From Gammaproteobacteria bacterium (GTDB lineage: Bacteria > Pseudomonadota > Gammaproteobacteria > Ga0077536), in assembly GCA_963662545.2 (NCBI GenBank), contig CAXXLL010000003.1, forward strand, positions 2,816,001-2,880,000: a stretch of 64,000 nucleotides of DNA, in the 5' to 3' direction. The notes below the pieces were generated by a model that made no database searches, was not told the DNA's origin, and saw only the letters and a list, made by a program, of their open reading frames with translations. How positions within the stretch are numbered: the first letter of the stretch is position 1; the number at the start of each line of letters is the position of its first letter. A program made the translations under genes and the position numbers. Positions 39,571 to 49,887 of the stretch are shown here, piece by piece.

Positions 39571-40635
39571 ATGAGCTACCAACTCACGATTGAACCATCG
39601 GGCGAGACCATCGAAGTCGAAGAAAACCAGAGCATACTCGACGCGTCACTGCGCGCCGGCATTTACCTCCCCTATGCGTGCAATCACGGCCTTTGCGGTA
39701 CGTGTAAAGTCGACGTTCTGGAAGGCGAGATCGCACACAATCATGCATCGGCTTTCGCGCTGATGGATATCGAGCGTGACGAGGGCAAGACCCTGGCATG
39801 TTGCGCGACCCTGGATTCGGACGTCGTGATCGAGGCCGAGGTTGACGAAGATCCGGACGCAATGTCCTTACCCGTCGAGGATTTCGTCGGCACGGTTTCG
39901 CGCATAGAGAATCTGACCCCCACGATCAAAGGGATCTGGCTGGCGCTAGCCGGTGATGGCATCGAGTTCCAGGCGGGGCAGTACATCAACCTCGGTATCC
40001 CCGGCCTCGACCAGCCCCGCGCATTTTCGATCGCGAGTGCGCCCTCGGCACGCAAGGAAATAGAACTCAACGTGCGCTTCGTCGAGGGTGGCAAAGGAAC
40101 GACCTACCTGCACGAAGCGCTCAATCCGGGCGACAAGCTGCCGTTCACCGCGCCGCTAGGACGTTTTTACGTACGTAAATCGGCATCCGAACCGGTGATT
40201 TTCCTGGCCGGCGGTTCGGGCCTGTCGAGTCCCAAATCGATGATTCTCGACCTCCTGGAAAATGGTGACGAACGGGAGATCGTCCTGGTCTACGGAGCGC
40301 GCTCGCTAGCGGAGCTCTACTATGCCGATCTGTTTAATGAACTCGCGGAGCGACATCCGAATTTCAAATATTTGGCGGCGCTGTCGGACCCGGCAAGCGA
40401 AGACGCTTGGGCCGGTCCACGTTGCTTTGTTCACGAGCTAGCCGAAAAACGCTTCGACGGCCGCTTTACGGGCCACAAGGCCTATCTCTGCGGACCGCCG
40501 CCGATGGTCGATGCGTGCATCACGAGCCTGATGCGGGGCCGCTTGTTCGAAGATCACATCTTCATGGAGAATTTTTTCACGGCCGCCGATGCGGAAGAGC
40601 CGGCGCGGCGTAGTGCGCTATTCAAGAAGTTTTGA
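39571..40635 (+). CDS. dmpP: Phenol hydroxylase reductase P5
   Basis: CNHGLCGTCK 2Fe-2S site, RAFSIAS, AGGSGLSSP, YLCGPP. Confidence 0.96.
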   Translation: MSYQLTIEPSGETIEVEENQSILDASLRAGIYLPYACNHGLCGTCKVDVLEGEIAHNHASAFALMDIERDEGKTLACCATLDSDVVIEAEVDEDPDAMSLPVEDFVGTVSRIENLTPTIKGIWLALAGDGIEFQAGQYINLGIPGLDQPRAFSIASAPSARKEIELNVRFVEGGKGTTYLHEALNPGDKLPFTAPLGRFYVRKSASEPVIFLAGGSGLSSPKSMILDLLENGDEREIVLVYGARSLAELYYADLFNELAERHPNFKYLAALSDPASEDAWAGPRCFVHELAEKRFDGRFTGHKAYLCGPPPMVDACITSLMRGRLFEDHIFMENFFTAADAEEPARRSALFKKF

Positions 40636-40706
40636 AAAGATGGTAGGAAATATCGAAGGCTTTACCGATTGCAAGGGATTAAAATTAACGAATCGCCGAT
40701 TCGGAT

Positions 40707-41039
40707 ATGCCGTTTAAGATTACTATTGCCGAGACCGACGAACGTTTCCCCTGCCGGGAAGACCAGAACGTCCTGGCGGCGATGGAGCGCTTGGGCCGCG
40801 AGGGGATCCCGGTGGGGTGCCGCGGCGGCGGTTGTGGGATCTGCCGCGTCCAGGTCGTCGGCGAAGCGAAGTTTCGTACGCTCAAGATGAGCCGCGCGCA
40901 GGTAACCGAATCCGACCTTGCCAGGGGAATATGTCTCGCTTGCAAGCTGATTCCCGAAAGCGACCTTACGGTAAAACCGCTCGGCGAGCTGCGTCAGATA
41001 ATGGGGTCAAGTCTTCACATGTCACATTCGAGAACGTGA
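40707..41039 (+). CDS. dmpQ: XylT/DmpQ-type 2Fe-2S ferredoxin
   Basis: PVGCRGGGCGICRV...LAC, directly before the extradiol dioxygenase. Confidence 0.93.
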   Translation: MPFKITIAETDERFPCREDQNVLAAMERLGREGIPVGCRGGGCGICRVQVVGEAKFRTLKMSRAQVTESDLARGICLACKLIPESDLTVKPLGELRQIMGSSLHMSHSRT

Positions 41040-41079
41040 CATGTGAAGACTTGACTCCGCTTTTCAGGAGGTGAACAAG

Positions 41080-42003
41080 ATGTCATTCAACGGAGTTATG
41101 CGGCCCGGCCATTGCAGCATTCGAGTCATGGAATTGGAACCCGCCTTGACGCATTACGTCGAGCGGATGGGTTTGATCAAAACCGGCGAAGACGACCAGG
41201 GCCGCGTCTACCTCAAGGCCTGGGACGAACACGACTGTTTCTCGATCGTGTTGCGCGAAGCTGACGCGCCGGGGATGGATTACATGGGATTCAAGGTGCA
41301 CAGCACCGCCGATCTGGACCGGTTCGAGGCGGATTTGCGCGCCTATGGCTGCGAGGTCGAGCGTATCGCGGCCGGCGAGCTCAAGGGCTGCGGCCACCGC
41401 ATCCGCTTCGAGATCCCGAGCGGGCACCAAATCGAGCTGTATGCGGAAAAGGATTACCTTGGCAATGGTCTCGGACGGCGCAATCCGGAAGCCTGGCCGG
41501 AAGGTCTCAAAGGCATGCAGGTCAATCGCTACGATCACTGCCTGCTTTATGGCCCCAATATCCCGGACAATGCGGACCTGTTTATGACGGTCCTGGGCTT
41601 CGATCTGACCGAGCGCATCGTGACGCCGGATGACGTGATGATCGTCGCCTTCTTATCGTGTTCGAACAAGGCGCACGATATCGCGTTCGTGGATCACCCG
41701 GAACCGAACAAGTTTCATCACGCATCGTTCCTGCTCAACAGCTGGGAAGAAATCCTGCGTGCTTCTGACATCATGGGCATGCATCAGATCCCGATTGACA
41801 TTGGGCCCACGCGGCATGGCATCACGCGCGGACAGACGGTCTATTTCTTCGATCCCTCCGGCAACCGCAACGAGGTCTTCTGCGGAGATTACACCTGGTA
41901 CCCGGATCGGGAACCGATCACCTGGGATGCCGAAGAGATCGGCAAGGCCATCTTCTACCACGATCGCAAGCTGAACGAGAATTTCCTGAGCGTCGTGACT
42001 TAA
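41080..42003 (+). CDS. dmpB: Catechol 2,3-dioxygenase
   Basis: [48 protein letters not shown]. Confidence 0.96.
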   Translation: MSFNGVMRPGHCSIRVMELEPALTHYVERMGLIKTGEDDQGRVYLKAWDEHDCFSIVLREADAPGMDYMGFKVHSTADLDRFEADLRAYGCEVERIAAGELKGCGHRIRFEIPSGHQIELYAEKDYLGNGLGRRNPEAWPEGLKGMQVNRYDHCLLYGPNIPDNADLFMTVLGFDLTERIVTPDDVMIVAFLSCSNKAHDIAFVDHPEPNKFHHASFLLNSWEEILRASDIMGMHQIPIDIGPTRHGITRGQTVYFFDPSGNRNEVFCGDYTWYPDREPITWDAEEIGKAIFYHDRKLNENFLSVVT

Positions 42004-42030
42004 GGGACTGGTGTGCTGTCACGCATGCAA

Positions 42031-42732
42031 TCAAGCGGGGTCTGACACACTCTCCCGCTCCGGGTCGATCGCGGTCAAGTGCAGCAGCGCCCGTTCGGTC
42101 ACTTCGACGGTACGCATAATATGTGTCTCGGTAGCCTTGCAGGCAGCGGCCGCGTCGCGCGCCAGCGCCGCTTCCATGATCTCCTGGTGCTCGGCGCGAA
42201 CGTCGCGGCTCTCGTCGTGTTCGAGAATGGAAATGAGCCGGTAGCGTTTGTGTTGTTCGTAAAGGGAGCGGCGAAGATTGAGCAGACGCTTGGAATCGCA
42301 GGCGGCGATCAAGGCTTCGTGAAACTCGTCGTTGCGGGCCTCCCACTCTGGAATGTTCTCGTCGCGCTCGGCGTCGGCTTTCGACATGCGGTGAAAAGCC
42401 GCGAGTATCGAAGCCTCCCAGTCGGTGTCGCCGTAGCGGATACTTTCGCGAATCGCCTCACTTTCGAGCAGGATGCGCAGACGCGTGATCTCGTTCAGGT
42501 CCTTGAGCGAAACGGGCGCGACGCGGAAACCACGCTGTCCCTCGGCCGTTACAAAGCCTTCGCCCGCCAGACGGTTCAGGGCTTCGCGCAGCGGACTGGC
42601 GCTGGTCTGGTAGTCCTGGCGCAACTCTTCAATACGAAGCTTGGCCTGCGGCGCGAGCCGACCGGCAATAATATCGTCGCGCAATTGGGCATACGCCGAT
42701 TCGCTGAGCGTTTTTACCGTTGCATTCGACAT
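42031..42732 (-). CDS. GntR/FCD-family regulator (AphS/PhcS-like)
   Basis: LRDDII.G.L.P..KL, SPLREAL.RL, QRGFRV, FCD domain with FHEALI. Confidence 0.9.
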   Translation of the reverse strand: MSNATVKTLSESAYAQLRDDIIAGRLAPQAKLRIEELRQDYQTSASPLREALNRLAGEGFVTAEGQRGFRVAPVSLKDLNEITRLRILLESEAIRESIRYGDTDWEASILAAFHRMSKADAERDENIPEWEARNDEFHEALIAACDSKRLLNLRRSLYEQHKRYRLISILEHDESRDVRAEHQEIMEAALARDAAAACKATETHIMRTVEVTERALLHLTAIDPERESVSDPA

Positions 42733-42800
42733 AGCTGAGCGTCTCGGCAGCGATTTCAAGGACGCCGGGAAAACGGCCTCACCCCGAGATCTGGCAAAAT

Positions 42801-42852
42801 TCTATCGATTTAATTAAATAATGTCGATATTTTTGACCTACGTCGATATAAT
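42801..42852. promoter_or_regulatory. Candidate GntR operator array and -10 box in the divergent promoter
   Basis: TCGAT at 42805, 42824 and 42843 (exact 19-bp period) in an AT-rich context. TATAAT at 42847-42852. Confidence 0.55.
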
Positions 42853-42930
42853 CGCGCGGCCCGATGACCACACTTTCGGTCAATCCGTAGTGCGAAAATC
42901 CCGGAATAAGATAGAGAGGACATCTCGCTC

Positions 42931-43740
42931 ATGGCCCTGGAACTCTATACCCATCCGATGTCCCCCTGTGCACAGAAAGTCCGCATCGTGCTGACAGAAA
43001 AGGACCTCGAATGGCACAAAGTCCATGTCGACCTGCCGGGCAAGGCCAACCTTGAACCGGAATATCTCAAGTTGAATCCGCTCGGTGTGGTGCCGACCTT
43101 GGTCGACGATGGCCACACGATCATCGAATCCTCGATCATCTGCGAATATCTCGAGGATAAATTCCCGACGCCCGCGCTCCGGCCCGAAGATCCTTACCAG
43201 GTCGCAACAATGCGCTTCTGGATGAAGCACATCGACAACAAGGTGCATCCGTCCTGCGGTGCCTTGCAGTGGCCGCTCGTAATGGCGGACAAGCTCAAGA
43301 CGATGAGCGAAGACGAGAAGCAGAAAATGATCGACCGGGTCGTGGAGAAGCCAAGACGCGAACGGCAACGGCGATTGCTGAAGCTCGGTTACGAAGCGCC
43401 GGATGTACTGGACGCGGTCGGCATATACGAGAAAACGATCGCGGACATGGACGACCTGCTGTCGTCGCAGGCATGGCTTGCCGGCGATAAATATTCCCTC
43501 GCCGATGCGGCCATGGCGCCCTACTTCCAGACACTGTTCCAGTTCGGCTGGAAAGAATGGTATGCCGATCGCGAGCACGTCGCCGACTGGTACGAGCGTT
43601 GCCGCGCAAGGGCCTCCTATCGCGATGGTGTCGCTGCTGATTTTTCGGCAGACAAATTGAAGGAATTAGGTGATCGCGGCGCGCCGGCGTGGACGAAAAT
43701 CCAGTCACTTCTTATTGGCGTCAAACAGCAAGCCGCTTGA
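42931..43740 (+). CDS. Glutathione S-transferase with a long C-terminal helical insertion (LigF/PcpC-like)
   Basis: MSPCAQKVR, LNP.G.VPTL, ESSIICEYLED, WLAGDKYSLAD. Confidence 0.85.
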   Translation: MALELYTHPMSPCAQKVRIVLTEKDLEWHKVHVDLPGKANLEPEYLKLNPLGVVPTLVDDGHTIIESSIICEYLEDKFPTPALRPEDPYQVATMRFWMKHIDNKVHPSCGALQWPLVMADKLKTMSEDEKQKMIDRVVEKPRRERQRRLLKLGYEAPDVLDAVGIYEKTIADMDDLLSSQAWLAGDKYSLADAAMAPYFQTLFQFGWKEWYADREHVADWYERCRARASYRDGVAADFSADKLKELGDRGAPAWTKIQSLLIGVKQQAA

Positions 43741-43758
43741 TCGTCGGGGATAGAGACG

Positions 43759-45255
43759 ATGTCGACACAGACGAAAGCAGTCATCGCACCTGAGCTTGCC
43801 GAACTCAAGAATTTCATCGACGGTGAATTCGTCGTATCGAGCGAGGCGAAGACATTCGAGACCCACGATCCAACCGTGGGCCGGCCGTTTGCCCTTGTTC
43901 ACGAAGCGAGCGCGGCCGACGTCGACCGCGCGGTTCAGGCCGCCCGGCATGCGCTCGATGGTGACTGGGGCTGTATGTCGATCGCCGGGCGTAGCGAACT
44001 CCTTTTCAAACTGGCCGACCGCATCAACCAACGTTTCGATGAATTCCTCGAGGCCGAATGTCGGGATACCGGCAAGCCGTACTCGCTCGCGCGGCACATC
44101 GATATCCCGCGTGGCGCAGCCAATTTCAAGGTATTCGCCGATATCGTCCGCAACGTGCCGACCGAGTGTTTCCGCATGGAAACCCCGGACGGCGCCGGCG
44201 CCCTGAATTACGGGGTGCGCGTGCCCAAGGGTGTGATCGGGGTCATCTGCCCGTGGAACCTGCCGCTATTACTCATGACCTGGAAAGTCGGCCCGGCGCT
44301 TGCCTGTGGTAATACCGTCGTGGTCAAGCCGTCTGAGGAGACGCCGGCGAGTGCGACCCTGCTGGGTGAAGTGATGAACGAAGTCGGCGTGCCGCCTGGC
44401 GTCTACAACGTGATCAACGGCTTCGGTGCCGGTTCGAGTGGTGAGTTCCTGACGCAGCATCCGGGTGTCGATGCCATCACCTTCACCGGCGAGACCGTCA
44501 CGGGAACGGCGATCATGCAGCACGCCGCGGTCGGGGTACGGGACGTCTCTTTTGAACTCGGCGGTAAGAACGCCGGCGTCGTCTTTGCCGATGCGGATTT
44601 CGATCAAGCGGTGGACGGCATCACCCGCGCGATATTCGCCAACTGCGGGCAGGTCTGTCTCGGTACGGAGCGCGTGTACGTGGAACGCCCGATATTCGAC
44701 CGTTTCGTCGAAGCGCTCAAGGCGCGCGCCGAAGGATTCAAGTTCGGCATCCCGTCGGACCCATCGACCAGCATCGGCCCCATGGTCAGCAGCCAGCAGC
44801 GCGACAAAGTGTTGTCTTATTACGAACGCGCACGAACGCTTGGCGCCGAAATCGTCACGGGCGGCGGCATCCCTGACATGCCGGCCGAGCTTGTGGAGGG
44901 TTTCTGGATCGAACCGACCCTGTGGACCGGCTTGCCCGAGGATTCGCCGATCGTTACTGAAGAGATCTTCGGACCCTGTTGTCATCTGCGGCCGTTCGAC
45001 GAAGAAGACGAAGTCCTTGGGCTCGCAAACCATACCGATTACGGCCTGTGCACCACCATCTGGACGCAGAACGGGCCGCGCGCGCATCGCATCGCAGAGC
45101 AGATCAACGTCGGCATCACCTGGGTGAACTGCTGGTTTCTGCGTGATTTACGTACGTCGTTCGGCGGTTCCAAGCATTCTGGGATCGGCCGTGAGGGCGG
45201 CGTACATTCGCTCGAGTTCTACACCGAACTGCGAAACGTGTGCATGAAATTGTAA
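43759..45255 (+). CDS. dmpC: 2-hydroxymuconic semialdehyde dehydrogenase
   Basis: HIDIPRGAANF, PWNLPLLL.TWK, ELGGKN, GQVCLG, WFLRDLRT. Confidence 0.95.
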   Translation: MSTQTKAVIAPELAELKNFIDGEFVVSSEAKTFETHDPTVGRPFALVHEASAADVDRAVQAARHALDGDWGCMSIAGRSELLFKLADRINQRFDEFLEAECRDTGKPYSLARHIDIPRGAANFKVFADIVRNVPTECFRMETPDGAGALNYGVRVPKGVIGVICPWNLPLLLMTWKVGPALACGNTVVVKPSEETPASATLLGEVMNEVGVPPGVYNVINGFGAGSSGEFLTQHPGVDAITFTGETVTGTAIMQHAAVGVRDVSFELGGKNAGVVFADADFDQAVDGITRAIFANCGQVCLGTERVYVERPIFDRFVEALKARAEGFKFGIPSDPSTSIGPMVSSQQRDKVLSYYERARTLGAEIVTGGGIPDMPAELVEGFWIEPTLWTGLPEDSPIVTEEIFGPCCHLRPFDEEDEVLGLANHTDYGLCTTIWTQNGPRAHRIAEQINVGITWVNCWFLRDLRTSFGGSKHSGIGREGGVHSLEFYTELRNVCMKL

Positions 45256-45275
45256 ATAAATACGGACACACCGTC

Positions 45276-46061
45276 TTGAATAAAAAGAAAATCGAACAAT
45301 TTGGCGACGCCCTTTACGATGCCATGATCACGCGCGAAACCATCGACCCGCTGACCGAGCAGGCGCCCGACATCCAAGTCGAGGACGCCTATCAAATTTC
45401 CCTGCGCATGCTCGAGCGGCGGACTGCTGCCGGAGAAAGCGTCATCGGCAAAAAGATCGGTGTCACCAGCAAGGCTGTCATGGATATGCTCCAGGTCTAC
45501 CAGCCGGACTTCGGATTTCTGACGAATCGGATGATGTTTTCCACCGGCGCCGAAGTACCCGCCAGTACCGAAATGATCCAACCGCGGGCGGAAGGCGAGA
45601 TCGCCTTCATTCTGAAAGACCGTCTCGCGGGGCCGGGCGTGACCAACGCCGATGTGCTTGCCGCGACCGATTTCGTCATGCCGTGCTTCGAAGTTGTCGA
45701 TTCGCGAATTCGCGACTGGAAGATCAAGATCCAGGATACCATTTCAGACAACGCTTCCTGCGGGGTCGTCGTCATGGGCGACCGCGCGGTTAAGCCGACG
45801 GAAGTCGATTTAAGTACTTGCGGCATCGTCGTGGAACTCAACGGCGAGATCATTTCTACCGGCGCCGGGGCCGCGGCGCTGGGCTCCCCGGTCAACTCCG
45901 TTACGTGGCTAGCGAATACGCTGGGGTCATTCGGAATCGAACTCGAAGCGGGCGAAGTGATCCTCTCGGGTTCACTCGTGCCGCTGCAGCCGGTTAAGGC
46001 CGGCGACAATATGCATCTGGCGATCGGCGGCATCGGCCAATGTTCGGTCAGGTTCGTCTGA
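45276..46061 (+). CDS. dmpE: 2-oxopent-4-enoate hydratase
   Basis: GKKIGVTS, QPDFG, QPRAEGEIAF, DTISDNASCG. Start uncertain (45240 or 45276). Confidence 0.92.
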   Translation: MNKKKIEQFGDALYDAMITRETIDPLTEQAPDIQVEDAYQISLRMLERRTAAGESVIGKKIGVTSKAVMDMLQVYQPDFGFLTNRMMFSTGAEVPASTEMIQPRAEGEIAFILKDRLAGPGVTNADVLAATDFVMPCFEVVDSRIRDWKIKIQDTISDNASCGVVVMGDRAVKPTEVDLSTCGIVVELNGEIISTGAGAAALGSPVNSVTWLANTLGSFGIELEAGEVILSGSLVPLQPVKAGDNMHLAIGGIGQCSVRFV

Positions 46062-46096
46062 ACAGGTAACACATCAAGGGAAACGAGGAGCGCATC

Positions 46097-47005
46097 GTGA
46101 CAGTCAATGCAGCGTTAATCGGATCGGGCAACATCGGCACCGATCTCCTGATCAAGGCCCTGCGCAGCGAATCGATCAACCCGGTCTGGATGGTCGGCAT
46201 CGACGCGGACTCCGACGGCTTGGCCAGAGCCAGGGCCGCCGGTTTAAAAACGACCCACGAAGGCATCGACGGACTTCTGCCGCACATCACCGAAGACGAT
46301 ATCCAGATGGCCTTCGATGCGACCTCGGCCTATGTCCATGCCGAGAACGCGCGCAAGATGGCGGCGAAAGGCGTTTTCATGATCGACCTGACGCCTGCTG
46401 CCATCGGTCCTTATTGCGTACCCACGGTGAACTTGAAGGAGCACGTGGGCAGACAGGAGATGAACGTCAACATGGTCTCGTGCGGCGGCCAGGCCACCAT
46501 TCCCATGGTTGCCGCAATATCGCGCATCCAGCCCGTCGCCTACGGCGAGATCATCGCCACCGTGGCGAGCAAATCGGCCGGCCCCGGCACGCGCAAGAAC
46601 ATCGACGAATTCACGCAAACGACGGCGCGCGGCGTCGAGCAGGTCGGCGGCGCCGAGAAAGGCAAGGCGATTATCATCCTGAATCCAGCCGAGCCCCCAT
46701 TGATCATGCGCGATACGGTGCACTGCCTGACCACTGACACACCCGATGAGCCCGCGATCACGCAATCGGTGCACGCCATGATCGCCGAGGTGCAGAAATA
46801 CGTGCCCGGCTACCGGCTCAAGAACGGACCCGTGTTCGACGGCAAGCGCGTGTCGATTTTCCTCGAGGTCGAGGGCCTGGGCGACTATCTGCCCAAGTAT
46901 GCCGGCAATCTGGACATCATGACCGCGGCCGCGCTCAGAACGGGCGAGATGTTCGCCGAGGAAATCATGGACGGTACCCTGAGCTTGTCGGCCGTCAACG
47001 CCTGA
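46097..47005 (+). CDS. dmpF: Acylating acetaldehyde dehydrogenase
   Basis: [33 protein letters not shown]. Confidence 0.96.
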   Translation: MTVNAALIGSGNIGTDLLIKALRSESINPVWMVGIDADSDGLARARAAGLKTTHEGIDGLLPHITEDDIQMAFDATSAYVHAENARKMAAKGVFMIDLTPAAIGPYCVPTVNLKEHVGRQEMNVNMVSCGGQATIPMVAAISRIQPVAYGEIIATVASKSAGPGTRKNIDEFTQTTARGVEQVGGAEKGKAIIILNPAEPPLIMRDTVHCLTTDTPDEPAITQSVHAMIAEVQKYVPGYRLKNGPVFDGKRVSIFLEVEGLGDYLPKYAGNLDIMTAAALRTGEMFAEEIMDGTLSLSAVNA

Positions 47006-47018
47006 GGGGATCATCGAC

Positions 47019-48056
47019 ATGGATCTCAAAGGAAAGAAGGTCAAGCTTCACGACATGTGCCTGCGCGACGGCATGCATGCCAAGCGGCATCAAATTTCAA
47101 TCGAACAGATGGAGGTCGTCGCAACCGCGCTCGACGAGGCCGGCGTACCCCTGATAGAAGTAACCCACGGCGACGGGCTCGGCGGCGCGTCGATCAACTA
47201 CGGCTTCCCGGCGCACACCGACGAAGACTATCTCAATGCCGTCGTGCCGCTTATGAAGCAGGCCGGGGTCTCGGCGCTGCTCATTCCGGGGATAGGCACC
47301 GTCGATCATTTGCACACGGCCAGGGATTGCGGTGTATCTACTATTCGCATCGCCACTCACTGCACCGAAGCCGACGTTTCCGAACAGCACATCGCCGAAT
47401 CTCGGAAGCTCGGTCTGGATACCGTGGGTTTCCTGATGATGGCACACATGGTTTCGCCCGAGGATCTCCTGGCGCAGGGCAAACTCATGGAGTCCTACGG
47501 CGCGAATTGCATTTACTGCACGGACTCCGCCGGCTGCATGCTGCCCGACGATGTCACCGATCGCATCGGTGCGCTACGCGCCGGGCTCGAAGCCGATACC
47601 GAGATCGGATTCCACGGCCATCACAACCTGGCGCTGGGCGTGGCGAATTCCTTGGCAGCCATCGAAGCAGGTGCGGCGCGGATCGACGGCTCTGCCGCGG
47701 GGCTCGGTGCGGGCGCAGGTAATACGCCGCTCGAAACCTTCGCCGCGGTGCTCGACCGCATGGGTGTCGCGACCGGCATCGACGTGTTCAAGCTGATGGA
47801 TGTGGCAGAAGACATCGTCACGCCGATGATGGATCAACCCATCCGCGTCGACCGCGACTCCCTGATCCTGGGTTACGCGGGCGTCTACTCTTCATTCCTG
47901 CTGCATGCGAAGCGCGCCGGTGAAAAATACGGCGTCCCTTCGAGTGAAATCTTAGTTGAACTCGGCGAACGCAAGACCGTCGGTGGACAGGAAGACATGA
48001 TCGAGGATGTCGCACTCAATCTTGCGCATCGACGCAAAGCGGAAAATGCGCCGTGA
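47019..48056 (+). CDS. dmpG: 4-hydroxy-2-oxovalerate aldolase
   Basis: LRDGMH, HGDGLGG, HCTEAD, HGHHNL, GGQEDMI. Confidence 0.96.
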   Translation: MDLKGKKVKLHDMCLRDGMHAKRHQISIEQMEVVATALDEAGVPLIEVTHGDGLGGASINYGFPAHTDEDYLNAVVPLMKQAGVSALLIPGIGTVDHLHTARDCGVSTIRIATHCTEADVSEQHIAESRKLGLDTVGFLMMAHMVSPEDLLAQGKLMESYGANCIYCTDSAGCMLPDDVTDRIGALRAGLEADTEIGFHGHHNLALGVANSLAAIEAGAARIDGSAAGLGAGAGNTPLETFAAVLDRMGVATGIDVFKLMDVAEDIVTPMMDQPIRVDRDSLILGYAGVYSSFLLHAKRAGEKYGVPSSEILVELGERKTVGGQEDMIEDVALNLAHRRKAENAP

Positions 48057-48841
48057 CGCTCGATTCAGCGACGATCACAGTGCTCGCGAACCGGCTCGAG
48101 GAAGCCGAGCGCAAGCGTGCGCCGATCACCAAGATCACGGACGAATTTCCGGATTTGGACTTCGAAGATGCCTATGCCATCCAGAACGCGATCCGGGACA
48201 GCAAGATCAATGCCGGGTCAAGGGTTGCCGGGCTCAAGGCTGGCCTGACCTCGCAGGCCAAGATGAAACAGATGAACGTCGACGAGCCGGTGTTCGGGTT
48301 CCTGTGCGACGCCGGCGCTTTTCCCGACGGAGCCGGGATCGAAATGGATCGTTTCATCGCGCCGCGGATCGAGGCCGAAATCGCTTTCCTGACCAACACG
48401 GAACTCACGGGTCCGGGCTGTCACTTGGCGCAAGTGCTGGCGGCGACGGAATTCGTCATGCCGGCCGTCGAAATCTTAGATTCCCGCTATGAGAATTTTC
48501 GTTTCGATCTGATCAGTGTGGTCGCCGACAACACTTCAGCGGCGGGATTCGTCACCGGCGGGCGGGCGCGCAAGGTCGGCGCGCTCGACTTGAGAACCTT
48601 AGGGCTGGTGGTCGAGAAGAATGGCAGTGTAGTCGAAGTTGGAGCGGGGGCCGCGGTTCTGGGGCATCCGGCGGCATCGGTTGTCATGTTGGCCAATCAC
48701 CTCGCGCGCAGCGGTGAAACCATTCCGGCGGGGTCTTTTGTCATGACCGGCGGCATTACCGCGGCGCTAGCGGTGGAGCGGGGCGACAATATTGCGGTGC
48801 GATTCCAGGATCTCGGGTCCGTTTCGATGCGGTTCGTCTGA
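48053..48841 (+). CDS. dmpH: 4-oxalocrotonate decarboxylase
   Basis: [38 protein letters not shown]. Confidence 0.92.
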   Translation: MTLDSATITVLANRLEEAERKRAPITKITDEFPDLDFEDAYAIQNAIRDSKINAGSRVAGLKAGLTSQAKMKQMNVDEPVFGFLCDAGAFPDGAGIEMDRFIAPRIEAEIAFLTNTELTGPGCHLAQVLAATEFVMPAVEILDSRYENFRFDLISVVADNTSAAGFVTGGRARKVGALDLRTLGLVVEKNGSVVEVGAGAAVLGHPAASVVMLANHLARSGETIPAGSFVMTGGITAALAVERGDNIAVRFQDLGSVSMRFV

Positions 48842-48904
48842 GGGCGGGCCGCGGGATATGTGGTTCGAGCAAGATAGAATACGGGTGAGGGGAGAAAAAA
48901 ATCA

Positions 48905-49876
48905 GTGTGGGGTTTACAAGGAAGGCGCGCTGAACGGGTAGCGCCGGGCGTGATCGTCGCCATGGCGATTATCCTGACAGCTTGCGAAGCGCCGCTCGTG
49001 CTCGACGGCGTCGAGCGGATGCGGTCGCAGCCGATTCACCGTACCGACCGCTATCAAGCAGCGGCACGGGTCGACGACCACGTGGTCGTGGTCGGCAGCC
49101 AGGGTGTGGTGCTGCGGTCGTCGGATAAAGGTGCAAGCTGGAAGCGCCTCGAACTCGAGGGCTGGCCCGCCTTGATCGACATAGTCTCCTGCCCCGACGG
49201 CAGTTTCGCCGCGCTGGCTTACGAACAGACGGTTTACCTGTCGACGGACCAGGGGACGACCTGGTCTGAAAAAGCGATCAATACGCCAGAAACTCCGCAG
49301 TCGATTACGTGTGCACCGGACGGCACGCTCTGGGTCGTTGGCAGTTATACCTCGATCTGGACGAGTTCCGATGCGGGCGACAACTGGGCGGAAACCGCGC
49401 TCGGCGAAGACACGATCCTGACCACGGTGCAGTTTTTCGACGCGGACAATGGCTTGATCACAGGCGAATTTGGCATCGTGCTCAAGACTAGCGACGGTGG
49501 TGAAAACTGGGAAAGGCTGCCCGCTATGCCCGGTGAATTCTATTCACAGGAGGCCTATTTCGCGGATCCGTCCACCGGTTGGAGCATCGGTCTTGGCGGT
49601 TCGATCTGGTATACGACGGACGGCGCGCAGACGTGGACGCAGCAGCCGACCGGCACGGCCGTGTCACTCTACGGTATCGAATCCGTCGACGGGCGGCTCT
49701 ATGTCATCGGGGGTGAGGGCACCATGCTGTCGTATCGCGACGGCGCCTGGCACGCGTTCGATCACGGCAAGCCGGTCAGGCTCTACATCCGTGCCATCGC
49801 GGCGCTGGGTGGCGGACAGGTGTTGATCGGCGGCGTGGGCGGGTCACTCCACGTGGTCGACACCGGCGGGGCCTGA
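48905..49876 (+). CDS. YCF48-like/BNR-repeat beta-propeller lipoprotein
   Basis: Lipobox LTAC. Repeated S/T-x-D-x-G-x-x-W motifs (SSDKGASW, STDQGTTW, SSDAGDNW, TSDGGENW, TTDGAQTW). Confidence 0.85.
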   Translation: MWGLQGRRAERVAPGVIVAMAIILTACEAPLVLDGVERMRSQPIHRTDRYQAAARVDDHVVVVGSQGVVLRSSDKGASWKRLELEGWPALIDIVSCPDGSFAALAYEQTVYLSTDQGTTWSEKAINTPETPQSITCAPDGTLWVVGSYTSIWTSSDAGDNWAETALGEDTILTTVQFFDADNGLITGEFGIVLKTSDGGENWERLPAMPGEFYSQEAYFADPSTGWSIGLGGSIWYTTDGAQTWTQQPTGTAVSLYGIESVDGRLYVIGGEGTMLSYRDGAWHAFDHGKPVRLYIRAIAALGGGQVLIGGVGGSLHVVDTGGA

Positions 49877-49887
49877 AGGGCAGCACG

